A stretch of DNA of 64,000 nucleotides from Marsupella aquatica (lineage: Eukaryota > Plantae > Marchantiophyta), in assembly GCA_973895155.1 (NCBI GenBank), contig OZ316891.1, positions 20,658,169 through 20,722,168 of the forward strand, read 5' to 3'. The notes under the pieces were generated by a model. That model did no database searches and had not been told where the DNA came from. It saw nothing but the letters and a program-made list of their open reading frames with translations. Position 1 is the first letter of the stretch. Each line of letters begins with the position of its first letter. Positions 39,500 through 53,304 of the stretch are shown in pieces. A program made the translations under genes and the position numbers.

Positions 39500-42176
39500 G
39501 AGGATAACAATGCGCTGGACTATCGGTTCGATTTCGTGAGCCTCACGCTTGTCCTCGGGAGGACTTCACGTCGTGTCTGGAATCAAGGTGTCTCTTCGAG
39601 CCGGGGTTGCCGCGACTCCCCCGCTGGTGCTCGACGATCCCGATTTGAAGCTCTTGCATGTGAAGGTCAATGCGGTGGAACTTGGGGATGAGATAAGTAT
39701 GCACTGGAGAGCCGCAAGAATCGCGAATGAAATTGAGCCATAGAATAATACTTCTCTGGAGGGATTGTACAACTCGTCAACTCAGAGTGTAAATTTTTGC
39801 ACACAGAGTGAGGCGGATGGATTTAAGAAGGTCATTTTCTACCAGGACCACTGCGACGTGATGTACAAATTTGCGACGAGGATTGAAGCTGACAGGATGG
39901 TACAAATCCAGTGGAAATTGTCGCATGCCGTGGGAGGCGGAAGGGCCATTGGGATTTGGGAAGGTCACCTTCTACCAGGATTGCTCTGATATGATGTACA
40001 AATTCGTGAAGCTGACAGGATTGTACAAATCGAGTGGAAATTGTCGCATGCCGTGGAAGGCGGAAGGGCTATTGGGAAGGTCTGAAGGTCACCTTCTAGC
40101 AGGACCGTTCCGATATGATGTACAAATTCGTGACGAGGATTGAGTCTGTCAAACGGTAATCTGTAATGCTGTACCTCAGCGTGAGCTTGAAGTGGGTAAA
40201 AGTCACTTCGCCCGTTGGGAGGATCTATTCTGCAAGCCGTGCAGCAGTTTTCTCGGGATGACAAAATCATCACACGTTCTGGGAAAGAGACTGCACTCCG
40301 AATTTGGAGTCACGTTCTGGGAAAGAGACTGCACTCCTAATTTGCCAATTTGGAATCCGGGTGAGGATGACTGTGGCGATGACTGCCCACACCATGGATT
40401 TCTCCGAACGTGCCATGAAGTGGGATGAGGATGGTTTCGGGATGGAGTCTGATTTGGGCCTCTTCCATATTGTTTCGGTGCTGGACTTCAACATGGGGGC
40501 AATGGAGACCAAGAGCTTGAATATTTTCAGCAATGGAGAACAAGAGCAGAACAAGAGCTTGAATATTTTCAATTCTGAGTTGATTTTTCTGGCTTGAGTT
40601 CACCTCAGGCTGCAAAGATGCACACTAGTTTGGAATTGAGAGGTTATTACCTGAGGGTGCAAAAGATGGACACTACTTTGGAATTGAGCAGGTTATTACT
40701 TGAGAGTGCAAGTATGCACACTACTTGGGAATTGGGCAGGTTATTACTTGAGAGTGCAAAAGATGCATACTACTTTGGAATTGGGCAGGTTATTACTTGA
40801 GAGTGCACAGATGCATACTACTTTGGAATTGGGCAGGTTATTACTTGAGAGTGCAAAGATGCAGACTACTTTGGAATTGAGCAGCTTATTATTACTTGCG
40901 AGTGCAAAAGATGCACACTACTTTGGAATTGAGTAGGTTATTACTTGAGAGTGCAACATGGGGGCAATGGAGAACAAGAGCTTGAATATCTTCAATTCTG
41001 AGTTGATTATTCTGGCTTGAGTTCACCTTAGGTTGCAAAGATGCAGAGTACTTTGGAATTGAGCAGGATATTACTTGAGAGTTCAAATATGCACACTACT
41101 TTGGAATTGAGCAGGTTATTACTTGAGAGTGCAAATATGCACACTACTTTGGAATTGGGCAGGTGATTACTTGAGAGTGCAAAAGATGCAGACTACTTTG
41201 GAATTGGGCAGGTTATTACTTGAGAGTGCAAAGATGCAGACTACTTTGAAATTGAGCAGGTTATTACTTGAGAGTGCAAAGATGCAGACTACTTTGGAAT
41301 TGAGCAGCTTATTACTTGAGAGTGCAAAGATGTAGACTACTTTGGAATTGAGCAGCTTATTGTTACTTGAGAGTGCAAAAGATGCACACTACTTTGGAAT
41401 TGAGTAGGTTATTACTTGAGAGTGCAACATGGGGGCAATGGAGAACAATAGTTTGAATATCTTCAATTCTGAGTTGATTCTGGCTTGAGTTCACCCAGGC
41501 TGCAAATATGCAGACTAGTTTGGAATTGAGCAGGTTATTACCTGAGAGTGCAAAGATGCACACTACTTTGGAATTGAGCAGGTTATTACTTGAGAGTACA
41601 AAGATGCACACTACTTTGGAATTGAGCAGCTTATTATTACTTGCGAGTGCAAAGATGCACACTACTTTGGAATGGAGCAGGTTATTACTTGAGAGTGCAC
41701 AGATGCACACTACTTTGGAATTGGGCAGGTTAATATTACTTGAGAGTGCAAAGATGCACACTAGTTTGGAATCAAGCAGGTTATTACTTGAGAGTGCAAA
41801 AGATGCACACTACTTTGGAATTGGGCAGATTATTACTTGAGAGTGCAAAGATGCACACTACTTTGGAATGGAGCAGGTTATTACTTGAGAGTGCAAAGAT
41901 GCACACTACTTTTGAATTGGGCAGGTTAATATTACTTGAGAGTGCAAAGATGCACACTACTTTGGAATCAAGAGCTTGAATATCTTCAATTCTGAGCTGA
42001 TTCCGACTTGAATTCACCTCAGGTTGCAAAGATGCAGACTACTTTGGAATTGAACAGGTTATTACTTGAGAGTGATAAGATTCACACTACTTTGGAATTG
42101 AACAGGTTATTACTTGAGAGTGCAAAGATTCACACTACTTTGGAATTGAGCAGGTTATTGGCACAAGTACTCTCAC
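39500..42176 (+). pseudogene. pepN: Intronless, frameshifted M1 aminopeptidase N pseudogene with internal tandem amplifications
   Basis: Colinear motifs: [142 protein letters not shown] and a frameshifted HEYFH-like end at 42161-42176. No introns between them. Confidence 0.9.
40617..42160. repeat. 48-bp satellite (~27 copies) in four higher-order blocks
   Basis: gatgcacactactttggaattgagcaggttattacttgagagtgcaaa; blocks are separated by an ~85-bp segment at ~40490, 40955, 41426 and (partial) 41969. Confidence 0.95.
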
Positions 42177-45100
42177 CTAAAGTCTGTAAAGAAGCAAACT
42201 TACTTGCATGTAAGGATTTCAAAAGGTCTCTCTTATATTCATATGTCATGCCCAGAATATTAAGCTAGTTAACTTTTTGGGGGGACTATGTTAAATGAGG
42301 ATGGTCTGGGCACAGGTTACTAAGGTGTAATCCTATGACCAGAAAGGAAGGAAGAGCTCACTGACGGAAGCCGGGAAGCTTTTTTGAGCAATTTGGGAAC
42401 AGGGTTCAGTCTAAAACCCCAACCCATGCAATCCTTATGATTGTAAATACAGTCTGAAAAGAGTTAACTAACCTAATTTTCTGGGCATGACATTATGAAT
42501 TTAGGAGAGGTTTCATGAAATCCTTACACACTGGTAAGTTTGGTTCCATACAAACTTTATGTACCACGAGGATGGGCATAAGGACTGCTTGTATTGAATT
42601 TCTAGATTAAACCTTGTTCCCAAATTGCTTAGAAAAGCTTCCAGTTTCCCACCGGTCAACTTTTCTTCACTTTATGGTGATAGGATTATGGCCTAGTTGC
42701 CCTATGCCAAGACCATCCTTAACCTATACAATTGAACACGGAACACAGTGACATGCAGGGATTGGTTTCACTTGAGTCTGAAAGAAGGGTTCACTATCTT
42801 CAAAGCTCTGATTAAGAACTCTATTTTGACATAGGGGGCCGAATTGTGAAGAAATAGATTCGGAAGACACGGTGAAAGCAACGCCTCTAGAGTTCACGAC
42901 CTAGTTCACCAATTCCCAGCAACTCAGCCCAAAACCCTGTCTTAGAAGTGAGGGGATAGACTCCATTTTTAGAGCACATCAAGTGAAAGTGTGCCCTCAT
43001 TAGGGCGTCTTGAACCTTGAAGCTCACAAAAAACAAAATGGTCCAAAAACTACCAGTTTTGGTCTCAAGTTTGGAGTGTACAGGCATTGTTTTTGTCTGC
43101 CACTTTGTTCCAAGAATGTGCCATTGACTGCGATCAGATGCAGAAAGAAGAGATTTGAGATGCCCTATTGCAACACTCTTTTTGATGTCATTCTGTCACA
43201 TGACCCAAAGAGCCGCAAATTTTTGTTTTCCTTGACTAAATTTTTGTGTTTGTTTTGATTGCAGTTTTATTGAAGTCAAAGCCAGGATGAGCGGATCTTG
43301 TGAGCCTTGCACCCACCATGGGCAGCGACATCTTTTACACCCTCCACTCGCACAACCTATTGTCTAAACCCATACAACCACCATAGACAATGATACCTTT
43401 TTACACCTTCACTTGTCGATATACTTGGATAAGCTGCTACGAATAATCCTCCTCCACCGAAAGGTTTTCAAAGTGAAATTGAAGAGAATTTTAGGCTCAT
43501 TGAGCTGCATGACAAAATCTTGCAAGGCCTCAATTTGACAAGATGCCACAAGTTTCCCTTGACAGTGCAATTCTCCCAGGGTCCTAACTTAATATTTACT
43601 TCTTGCCAATCACGCACAAATAAGTATAATGTCTTTATTAGGCTGAGGGGAGACTTTTAGATATAAAAGCATTTGGGCTTTTAAAATCCAATTTTAATAA
43701 TTAAAATAAAAGATAGGATTTTGAATCCAATGTTGGGAAATTGGTGAATTTCCAAAAAGATAGGGGCTAAAAATGGTAAAAAAATCTTCTAATTTGTTAG
43801 GGTGTTTATTACCTAGAAATGTTCTGCATGATATGAAACCCCCCAGACTGAGCCCCCCTACATATATACACACAACACATGGCCTCACTCATGGCAGAAT
43901 ATAATAGCTACACATGACACCACTTAAATTGGTACACTATCTATTTGGAAGTATTTAAAATGTAAACTGACTTACAATAAGCGAAACAAATTTCAACCTC
44001 ATCAGATTAAACTGTCTATTTGAGTTTGAGTGAAAGAGTGTGAGAGAGTTTACACAAGCCCCACATACAATAATGCAATGCCAGTGGGGGTACTCTGCCC
44101 CAAACCTTTGCTTCAAAAATGTTTCTGACATTTTTTCATATGCTAATAAATACATATAACAAATATTACAATAACTTGGTGTTTGTTTTTATGGAAGAAC
44201 AAGAACAACATGATATCATGATTTTTGGTGTTTTTTGATTAATCTTAGAATGAAACTCAACATCTTTAAAAAAAATTCTAAATAAAATACACAACAAACA
44301 ATCAATAGAATGAAAGAAAAATGGCATTTGCTGTATAGGAAATATTTAGAGCTTTTGGAAATATGGTTTAGTGATCTTTGAAGTCCATCACAATGTCTTG
44401 AGAAAAAATAATGACATTATTGTTAAGTTAAAGACAACCTTGCCATAACTACTCTCTAAATTTTATCATAAATTATGTTTCAAAATTGTTTGTGCTCACA
44501 AAAAATCCAAGTCAGATGTGTTCCATATTGTGAATATGGTAGTGGGTTCTGAAAATGCTGAGTCCAACATGTTTTCTTTATCAGCAGTTCCAAACAAAAG
44601 TTAGTGCACATGCAACATATCACTATGGTATTTCAAATAGGACTTTAAATTTGTGAATTAAGATTGTTGTTACTTCTTAATTATTGATTTGTCTTCATTC
44701 TTTACATGCAAAACATATCTCCCAAGATAGGTCATTCTGAATGTAAACTCATGAATTGACAACAAATGTTGAAGTATAAATTAGGCACCGACCAATGGAT
44801 CTTCCAATACAAACTGCAGGCAAATTGTATTCTTATGGAACTTATTTCCTATGGCAATTGCACATAAATTGTCATACAAGGAGGGGCCGATAAACACTTT
44901 AGTACAAGTAAACAATTCTCAAGGTCCAAAAGTCTTCCTTGCAGATTTTATTACAAGCACACAAACTAAACTCAAGGTAAGGAGTTGCAATAACTATCCA
45001 ATCTATCTCAAAATGAGATCAATAGTAAATAAATAAAGAAAAATTGCCCAATGGCTAAAGAAAATGAAAAAACACACATTTTCATCTTCTAAAATTAAAC

Positions 45101-45789
45101 TAAATACTCAAAATAGGGGTGATGTCTTTGACTAAAAGTATTCAAGGATAAAAACTATACTCCTGAAACCTATAGAAACCTGAGCTAACTATACTTGCCT
45201 TTGGTACTTTAAGTGCAATTTGCCATAGAGTAAATTGATGTGAAGTCTATGACTTCTCAGTTAAGGGTAGTCAAAGTTGTCATAAGTTTGATGTCCTTGA
45301 TGTCTATAGGTAGGAATGTCAAAGACGCCAAGTGCATTAATTTTGGTCTTTACGCTCATTTTCATCTTGTAACTTGTTTAGTATCACCAACTAACTTATA
45401 CATAACTAAAAAAATTGTTTTTGATGGTTCAAACTTAATTACGGACCCCCATGAGAGGTCTCTTGCAAATTCCCTGCCACGAGGTTGCACCACATCATCA
45501 CAACCAGCCACAAACAGGAATGATCATACTTTTAACAATACCAAACGTGCACATTCCTGTTTGTGGCAAAAGCAATGTAATTTTTGGGGCGCCATGCCGT
45601 AAATATTGAATGTAAAAAAAACCAAAATACAAAGGGAGATATGTCATTTAGTAAAATAAAGTTACCATTTTGATGTTTGTCAAAGATATATCAGTGTTTT
45701 ATATCAAAATGCTTGTATTTTTGAATTGTTTGCAAGCTTGAAAAAACCAACCAATAGAAATGTACATTGTTAAAACCCCTTTGGCTTCA

Positions 45790-46295
45790 CATTGTAAAAC
45801 TAAATAATCAATCTCCTTAGTACTTGATAAAATCTGTCAATGTTTGAGTCATTGGAAAACTCAAGATCAAGATTTAGAAACTCGTGACCTCTTTAGTATT
45901 GTCTTGATAAAATCTCTCAATGTCACACTCATTGGAAAACTAAAGTAAAACTAAAAACTCATCATCTCCTTAGTACTTGACAAAATCTATCAATGTTAGG
46001 TTCATTGGAAAGCTAGAGAAATTCAGATACTCATGATCTCTGTAATTCTTGACAAATAATCTCAATGTCACACATTAGAAAGCTAGAGAGATTGAAAACC
46101 TCATGATCTCTTTAGTAACGTGAAAAAATCTGACGTAAAATTTGTCAATGTCGGACTCAATCATGTTGGAAAGCTAAAAGAATTCATGGACTCATGATTA
46201 ATATTTCTTATACTCACTCATTGGAAAGGCAAAGAAATTCAAAAACTCATTTGGAACTTGATAAAATTTGTGAATCTGAGGCTCATTGGAAACCC
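45790..46295. repeat. Degenerate ~65-75-bp tandem repeat (~7 copies) in AT-rich TE debris
   Basis: A ctcatgatctccttagtacttgataaaatct.tcaatgt...cattggaaa motif recurs through the interval. Confidence 0.75.
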
Positions 46296-49200
46296 TTTTC
46301 TCGATTAAGAGATATCACAATCTCATCACCGTCACAAACTTAGCCGTTGAAAATTGATTTCTTTGATTACGTCGCCATCCCTTGTCCACAATGCTTGCTT
46401 CCCGGCTTGAATTGTTTGCATTCCTCTAGTCTTCAACTGAAGCTCACTCTGAACACAGGTTGACACCAAATGCAGCCTCTATGTCAAAGAAACAATCATT
46501 CGTCTCCCTCTCACACCATAGCTTTCTTAAATAAAAAAAACTACAAATCCTTCATGTGAAGCGATGACTTGTTTGTTTTGTGTGTTCTTCCCATTGAATC
46601 GACAAGCGCTCTTTTGCCAATAGCTAAGTGTTGTCCTCCGGGCTGTCTTGTGGCGATAATGCTCAATGTAACTCACAAACGATCAATCATGAATGATAGA
46701 AACACAATTTGTCTAATGTGTAAGCAAAAACCGTCAAAAAACTCAATTCCTCCATATTCAACCTTCCGTTGATAAATCTCCTCTATCTTTTGAGCGTTAC
46801 TTTTCTTTTGTACGAGCACACACCAAGACCATCGGGAGACTCAAAACCATCGATTACCCGGGTGATTACCGCCTTGTTGAAAATTGATTTCACTTCATCA
46901 AACACACATTCCTTGGATGAACATGGGGGTCCACGGATTAATTTTAGAAGTAACCACTATGTCACACATTTACGTGAAATTTTGACCTAGATGACAGATT
47001 TAATAGCAAAAAGCTTTACATGAACACATCTATTTTAACTACCCATTTTCATCAACAGACATCATTGACAATCCAATAGACCAAAGCCCGTTTGCCATTC
47101 ATCAAAAATCCCTTGCATAAGGCATTGCCACATCTTCTCAAGAGTTTTCAAAGCCCCGTTCAAAGCTAGAAACTAAAGATTCATGTACCTCTTGCAGTGT
47201 AGATGTGTCCCTATTAAATGCCAACTTTGCCTCTCAATTACCGGTCTTTAAATTCTCCTTTTACTTTACCAATCAAAATATTAATCACCCATTCAACTAA
47301 TGGTTGAACGTACTCCTTTCTCTCTCTTTCCAAGTGTACGACATCAATCAATTTCTCATCAATGTCCACATCTTCCTTCCATTTCTATGGCAGTGTGGAC
47401 TTTGCCAAGACTAATCTTTTACGATACACAATTTTGATGAATCTGCATCACTCTTTGTAGGTGTAGATGCACATTGGAATGTTTTCCTCTCTTAGTCTTT
47501 GAGTATTAAGTGTGATCCCAATGCACAGATCCACAGTTTAATCGGCTAGAGCTTGATTAAAGGATAGGAAGTGCTCTTCCCACTTTCAACAATCATTCAT
47601 TCTTCAAGAATTGTGACCCTTGTTCAGTCCAATTGTCTCTGCCATCAATCCACCAATTTAGTGATCAATCCTTTTGCACGTTGTAGAGTAGTTTGCAAGA
47701 TGATATCCACAACAGGAATGTCAATTCCAGGATTACTCCCTTATGGTGGAAGTGTATTATGAGCAGTGTCACATTCAAAGCACACAATCTCCAACTAAAC
47801 TAGTCTCTTCATGAGTTGCTTATTTTGCTTAATTCTCAAGGCAACGTTCCCTAGAGTACTTACTTGGAGTGAGTTCACATGCGTACATCCATGAGGCCAG
47901 CAATTGACCAACTTAACTCTTCAATTTTTGCTTCATTTCTAGTGGAAACTGACATTGCAATAACCAAAATCCATTCTATGTGTCTCCTTTCTCAATTTGA
48001 GTCACTCAATCCTATCCTTCTCTCAAGAAAATTTTCAGTCTCTATGTTCAATCATCACAATCTCTGCTCTCAACATTCAATTTTACTCATACGATCAATG
48101 TCTCTTATTCAGCTGCTCAAGCATGCACAAGGCTTACACTTGATATTACTACTAATAGTAAAAATAACTATTTGTCTCTTTACTTCCTTAACAAAAGGTA
48201 CTCACATGCAGGTAGTGCATATTACAAATTCACTACTTGTCTTCAGGAGAGCACGACTGTGCCTCTCAATCCAGATTTTCATTCATGAAGTGCCACTAAG
48301 CTCTGTGTTTGGTTCCCACTAAATATCACTCCATTGTGAAACCCCGTATGAAACCTTTGCACGAGTACTCGACGGTTTCCTAGGTTAGAACCTAACTATT
48401 CCGACTCTAACCAAAAACCACTAGTTGCAAGATTAACTATTTTCTCCAAAACCTGGCCGTTATAACTACTACTTACGGTTATTGAACTACATACTTTTGC
48501 AAATTGCCGGGGTTGGCTGATGAAAGTGAGGCTTGGTTGTTGGGATTGCCTATAACTAGGTCCTTTATGTCTGAAATCAACTTCTAGTTATCTTCCGGGT
48601 CTTTGGTCTCATTGGGTTTTGATTATTGATTACTTGCTCTGCTGCAACGAATTGCCATTGAATTTGTTGTTTGCTGCCAATTTCTCAATGAAGTACCAAT
48701 TTCCATTTTTTTGACATGATTCTCCTGTAAAATTCTTCTATGGTTCTCCTTCTCCGCTCATCCTAAATAGCTGCCGCCCGGCGTTATCACATACTTGGGC
48801 AATTTCTTTCTTTGACACAAATAGCAAACAAGAACGTGCACATTCCTTCCCCGATCTACTTGCACACAAAAGTGTTCCAATTTTGGCCACAAGGATTTCT
48901 TTGTTGTATCCCTATCCGCTTATTCTGTCTTGCCATTGTTCCTAAGGTGCAGCTCCTACCATCTTCTAACCTATATTATCACATCCTTAGTTACAAAATC
49001 TGATACCTTCTCTTCCCCATATATAGCAAGGATGGTCAATTCCTGGACCTTAACTTCCAAGCCATTACAAAAAGTTGGGGATTGAGTCTTCCTGACTTCC
49101 GCCTAGTTCTATCCCTAATACCTTGCTACTTAACTTAGTGTTTGATGTTCTTCCCTACCCTATCTATATCTACCTGATAATTTTTGTGTTTGTAGCCCCT

Positions 49201-50536
49201 TCCAAATTAAGTCTCTACTTTAGATGTTGATTTTGATTTTTCATATTTTAGCATTTTCTTTCTTATGTTTGTCATTTTTGACCTGGTGGAAGTGGCTTTT
49301 ACTCTTTCTTTTCTCTTGGGTTTGCTGTCTCTCTCTTTTTATATTGATTTCTAGTTTCAACCTTGTGTAAGTGGTTCTGAGCCATTTCTCCCTCTTAGAT
49401 CATGTTCGAACCCTTTTTGCCGATCTTTTCTACCTTTTTCTATCCTTCACTAAAATTCTTGTCTTGTATCCCTTTAAAAAATATTCGTTCATATTCAAAC
49501 CCTTTTGACCGCAAACATTTCTGGCATTACTTTGTTGACAATTTAAGGTAAAGTACAGCTATTTCTTAAGAATCTGACAGGATTCTGAAGATTTCATACA
49601 ACCATGCTTTGCATATGGAGAGAAAAATTTAAAGAGGATGCTTTTGACCCATCCTCCTATAGAGACAAAAAGAAAGAGTGTGGCATGTACAATATTATAT
49701 CATAGCACGAGGCGAATGCCTGCATGTCAGAGCATATATTGTCCATAATAAGTGATGTTGTGTGCAAGTGTTGTTTAGCATAAGTGAGATGGCCGGCAGT
49801 TGGACATTGCTGGAAGTCACTTAGCAAGTAGGCCCAACAACTAGAATTCAAGGAGTGTGCAAGACACCGGGAAAGCGACAGGTTGGGCGCAGAAAAGGTG
49901 TCCAATGGCACCTTTAGGCCTTGCTTTAGGCCAATCTCATTGTTAGGAAAAATATTATCACAATCAAATGGTCAGGAAGGCTTATCAGGATGATATTTCA
50001 TAAGACCATGAGACAGAAAGATAGGGACTTATTGTGATGTACAGATTCTTTGCATTTTGGAAAAAAATGTTTACTGGGGATGTTTCTGACACATCATCCT
50101 AGGAGTCAGGCATTCACTATCCTTTGTTGGGCCAATTCTGTTGGTTTTAGGGCCTCTAGTCAAATCCCTCTTCATGACCCTCCTGTGCTCTAGTACACCC
50201 ACATCCCTACCAAACTTCTCAGTTTGTTGAGAATAAGGCTTTAGTTCTTTTGTCATTTGGACTCTTGGGCTTTTTGGCTCCTTGGTCTTCCTTGATTTTT
50301 CCTTGTTGTTTTTCCACTTTTATTGGGTTTCTTGTCTTTGTTATGGAGCTGTTTGTTCTTTGGGGGTGTTATATATAAAAAGAGTCTGGTATGTAAGATA
50401 TTATATATTGTAGTATGTGCCACATCTAAGAAACCATGATGTTTACTCTGTCTACCACCAACTCAAGTCTCAGAAACACCATCATCCTCCCTCGTGTTGG
50501 ACCTTCAACAATATGGGACCTTCAACAATATGGATC

Positions 50537-50595
50537 GGCAGGCTAGGAATTAAACCTACTACTATGGTAGTGCTCTACCACTGAGCTACAGGCCC
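50537..50595 (-). pseudogene. tRNA-derived fragment (tRNA pseudogene or SINE head)
   Basis: GGGCCTGTAGCTCAGTGGTAGAGCAC (A box/D arm) and GGTTTAATTCC (B-box-like); anticodon arm shortened and no 3' acceptor strand. Confidence 0.55.
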
Positions 50596-52016
50596 TTCAT
50601 GCCTGCACCATCTCTGGAATCTCCTGATGAAATGAAACATGAGCTCTCCTAGGCCTCAACATTTGACAAGATGCTTAGATAGACTATCTAAACCTGCACA
50701 GACCACTTTGCAACATTTTTCCTATCCAGATAGCACTTTCCTATCCAGATAGCTCCCCTTTGGATAATACAATTGCTCGGACAATTGGAATCCTGAGGTC
50801 AACTTCGTCTAGAACAGATGATCATTCATGAGCACACCAAGGCCGATCCCCAAATCTGGCCAAACAGTTTTTTTCATGATTATGATCCTGTGTCAGTTAC
50901 TTCTCCACCGCTTTGACATACTCTATAACTCAGGATTATACACAGGAGCATACCTTATGCCAATTGGGTACCTCACCAATCGTGCTACTTAGACAGTCGT
51001 AGCTTTCTCTCTCAACAACTGTAAGGAATGTGACTTTCTGGAAATCCAAAATTTTCCAGAGGATTAATTGTGTCCTTTAGTTACAGATTCCAATCCAGAA
51101 TCGGGTGCCAATCAACTTCGGCAGAAACATGACTTCCTGGACTAACTTCCAATTTTTCCAGATCATAAAGTATTCCTTAAAGTTTCCAAAATGCAGGAGG
51201 ACTCGGGTGACGATCAAGTTCAGCCAGAGCAGGACCACGCTAGCTGCAGACCAATCGCTCCTTGAAGCAGTTTAGCTCTCAGAGGAAGCAGTCGCATATG
51301 CATGTCTGACCGAGCTACTGATCTAGTTCACAAGCTGAAGACCAGCTGCGAGCTCAGAGGAAGCTGTACTGGACATAGTACTGTACAGTTGGTATATAAT
51401 GTCAATGAGGAGATTAGTGGGATCCTCGTTGTACTTGCCAGCGAGTATGATTAACATTTTCTCTTGGTAGATTTCGTAAAAGGCAGCACTAATGTTTTTA
51501 CCTGAGTGCCTCATTTTTGGTGTCAGCTCCGATGATATCGTAGATTTCAGCACTCTCAATTGTCCAAACGGCAGGGTGAGGTCTTGGAGTGCCATTCAGT
51601 TCTTGCTGATTTCAGTCTTGCCCAGTGGACATCATTCTCCTTTTGCGTTAAAAATCACTTTTACAAACACCAAAAGAGACAGGATACAAACTTGGTTGGG
51701 CCACTTGTGGAGGCTCTTACTACCCTCTGCTCAGTGTCTTGTTGGTATTCATTCCCCAGCCACCTACACTTATTTTAGTTCGACACGTCATCGCTCAGAA
51801 TGATGGTGTCTAGTTGCTCATCTGCTTCGTTGTCTTGGCATTCAGTGTTAAAACCAGGATGACACTAAAATAATCTTTAGAGCAGCAGAGAAAACAAGCA
51901 CCTCGATTGGTGGACAAAGGAGATCGTGGATTGTAAGCGAAATTTCTTCTCCAACGGATAAATTGCACAAGAGGAAATGGTGGAATGTGCTTGCCAGGGG
52001 TGAGCTTCAGCATACA

Positions 52017-52136
52017 CTACTAGCAACTGAATCAGCTGAGCAAAGTGGCTTTGCTTTAGGCCAACACTCAGCAGAGCTACTAGCAACAGAATCAGCTCAG
52101 CAAAGTGGCTTTTCTTTCGGCCAACACTCAGCAGAG
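52017..52136. repeat. 60-bp tandem duplication
   Basis: ctactagcaac.gaatcagct.agcaaagtggcttt...ggccaacactcagcagag occurs twice. Confidence 0.85.
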
Positions 52137-53304
52137 CAGGGCAGGGTGGCTTTACAATACACCGGGGCCAATTGCTTCGTTTTATTCAATATGAGATTAA
52201 ATCTGGGCTGGATAAAGAGTAGAAACAGCCTCAGTTTGCTATACAAGAGTCCGGGGCCCATTCAAGTATACTGTCTACAGACCCTAATGACAAGCCAGGA
52301 GTGGCCCCAAGGATGTTGATTTGGAGTGCTTATGTTGTCTACAACTATTTTGGTTTCTCAGATGAAGAACACCGAGAGTTCGACTGTGGTTGAATTCAAC
52401 AAATGTTTTTGCGCCAGACAAGTACTGTACACAGACTTCTCCATTTGGATTTATTCATGCTTCTAAATGGATGGTGTCCGTAGTGTAAGTCTGGATGTTT
52501 TGTGCAAGATAGATTGTGGTGACTTGGTGAGATACACCAGCCCACAACCTCCATTCCTAAAGTTGAGTTTTCATTAAACAGTGAAAGAGACAAATTGGGT
52601 AACTCTGCATTTGTCCAACGCTTTAAGAAACATGCCACGAAGCCCCAGTTCTGAAGTTGCAAGATGGCTAAAAAAGTCCAATTCAGATTGCGAAACGAAC
52701 TCGAGACCCCCCTCCAATCCTTCAGGGAAATTTCGGAGAAATTTCGAGTCTTTAACTTGCAGCATAGCTAGCAAATGCTTTGGTAGGCGCTCATGCTCTA
52801 GACAAGGTCTCCCCATGATTTATCACCAATTGCAGTGGTCTTCATATGGAATTAGTATTCATATCTCTTTGGGCAGCTAAGCTCCCAAAGCAACTGTATT
52901 CAATGCTCAAGCAATCTTCGGGCGTCACTCACAATGCCACACACATGACATCAAGTAAAATCTATACAAATGCTGTGGCAGAAGACGGGCATCGCCTAGT
53001 AACTAATAGGTTGTCAACAAGACCTCACTATCTAGAGAAAGAGTCATATACACAATATTACATAAGAACTATGATTCATGAGTGTAAGATGCTACTTTCT
53101 TCAACGCAATGGTGAAGAGACAATTGTTTACAACGTGTTTATCTCCTAGCTTTTACTGGGATGACCTGGCCACTATTTCCTCATCCTGTCGGCAGGTTAT
53201 GCGGCTTTACTGTACAAATCCATGAAGAGTGTGTCAAAACCTTCGGTGGAGATACCAATTCGAGTATAAATTAAGGCAACGAATGAGCATAGTTTGGGTG
53301 TAAG

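Noticed and set aside
42158-42182. gcacaagtactc resembling the Helitron end at 16529
   Set aside because: There is no hairpin or CTAG; it is better explained as the decayed HEYFH codons of pepN.
47000-48950. Possible decayed Ty3/gypsy gag-protease remnants on minus
   Set aside because: Only weak hints interrupted by stops; not supportable without a search.
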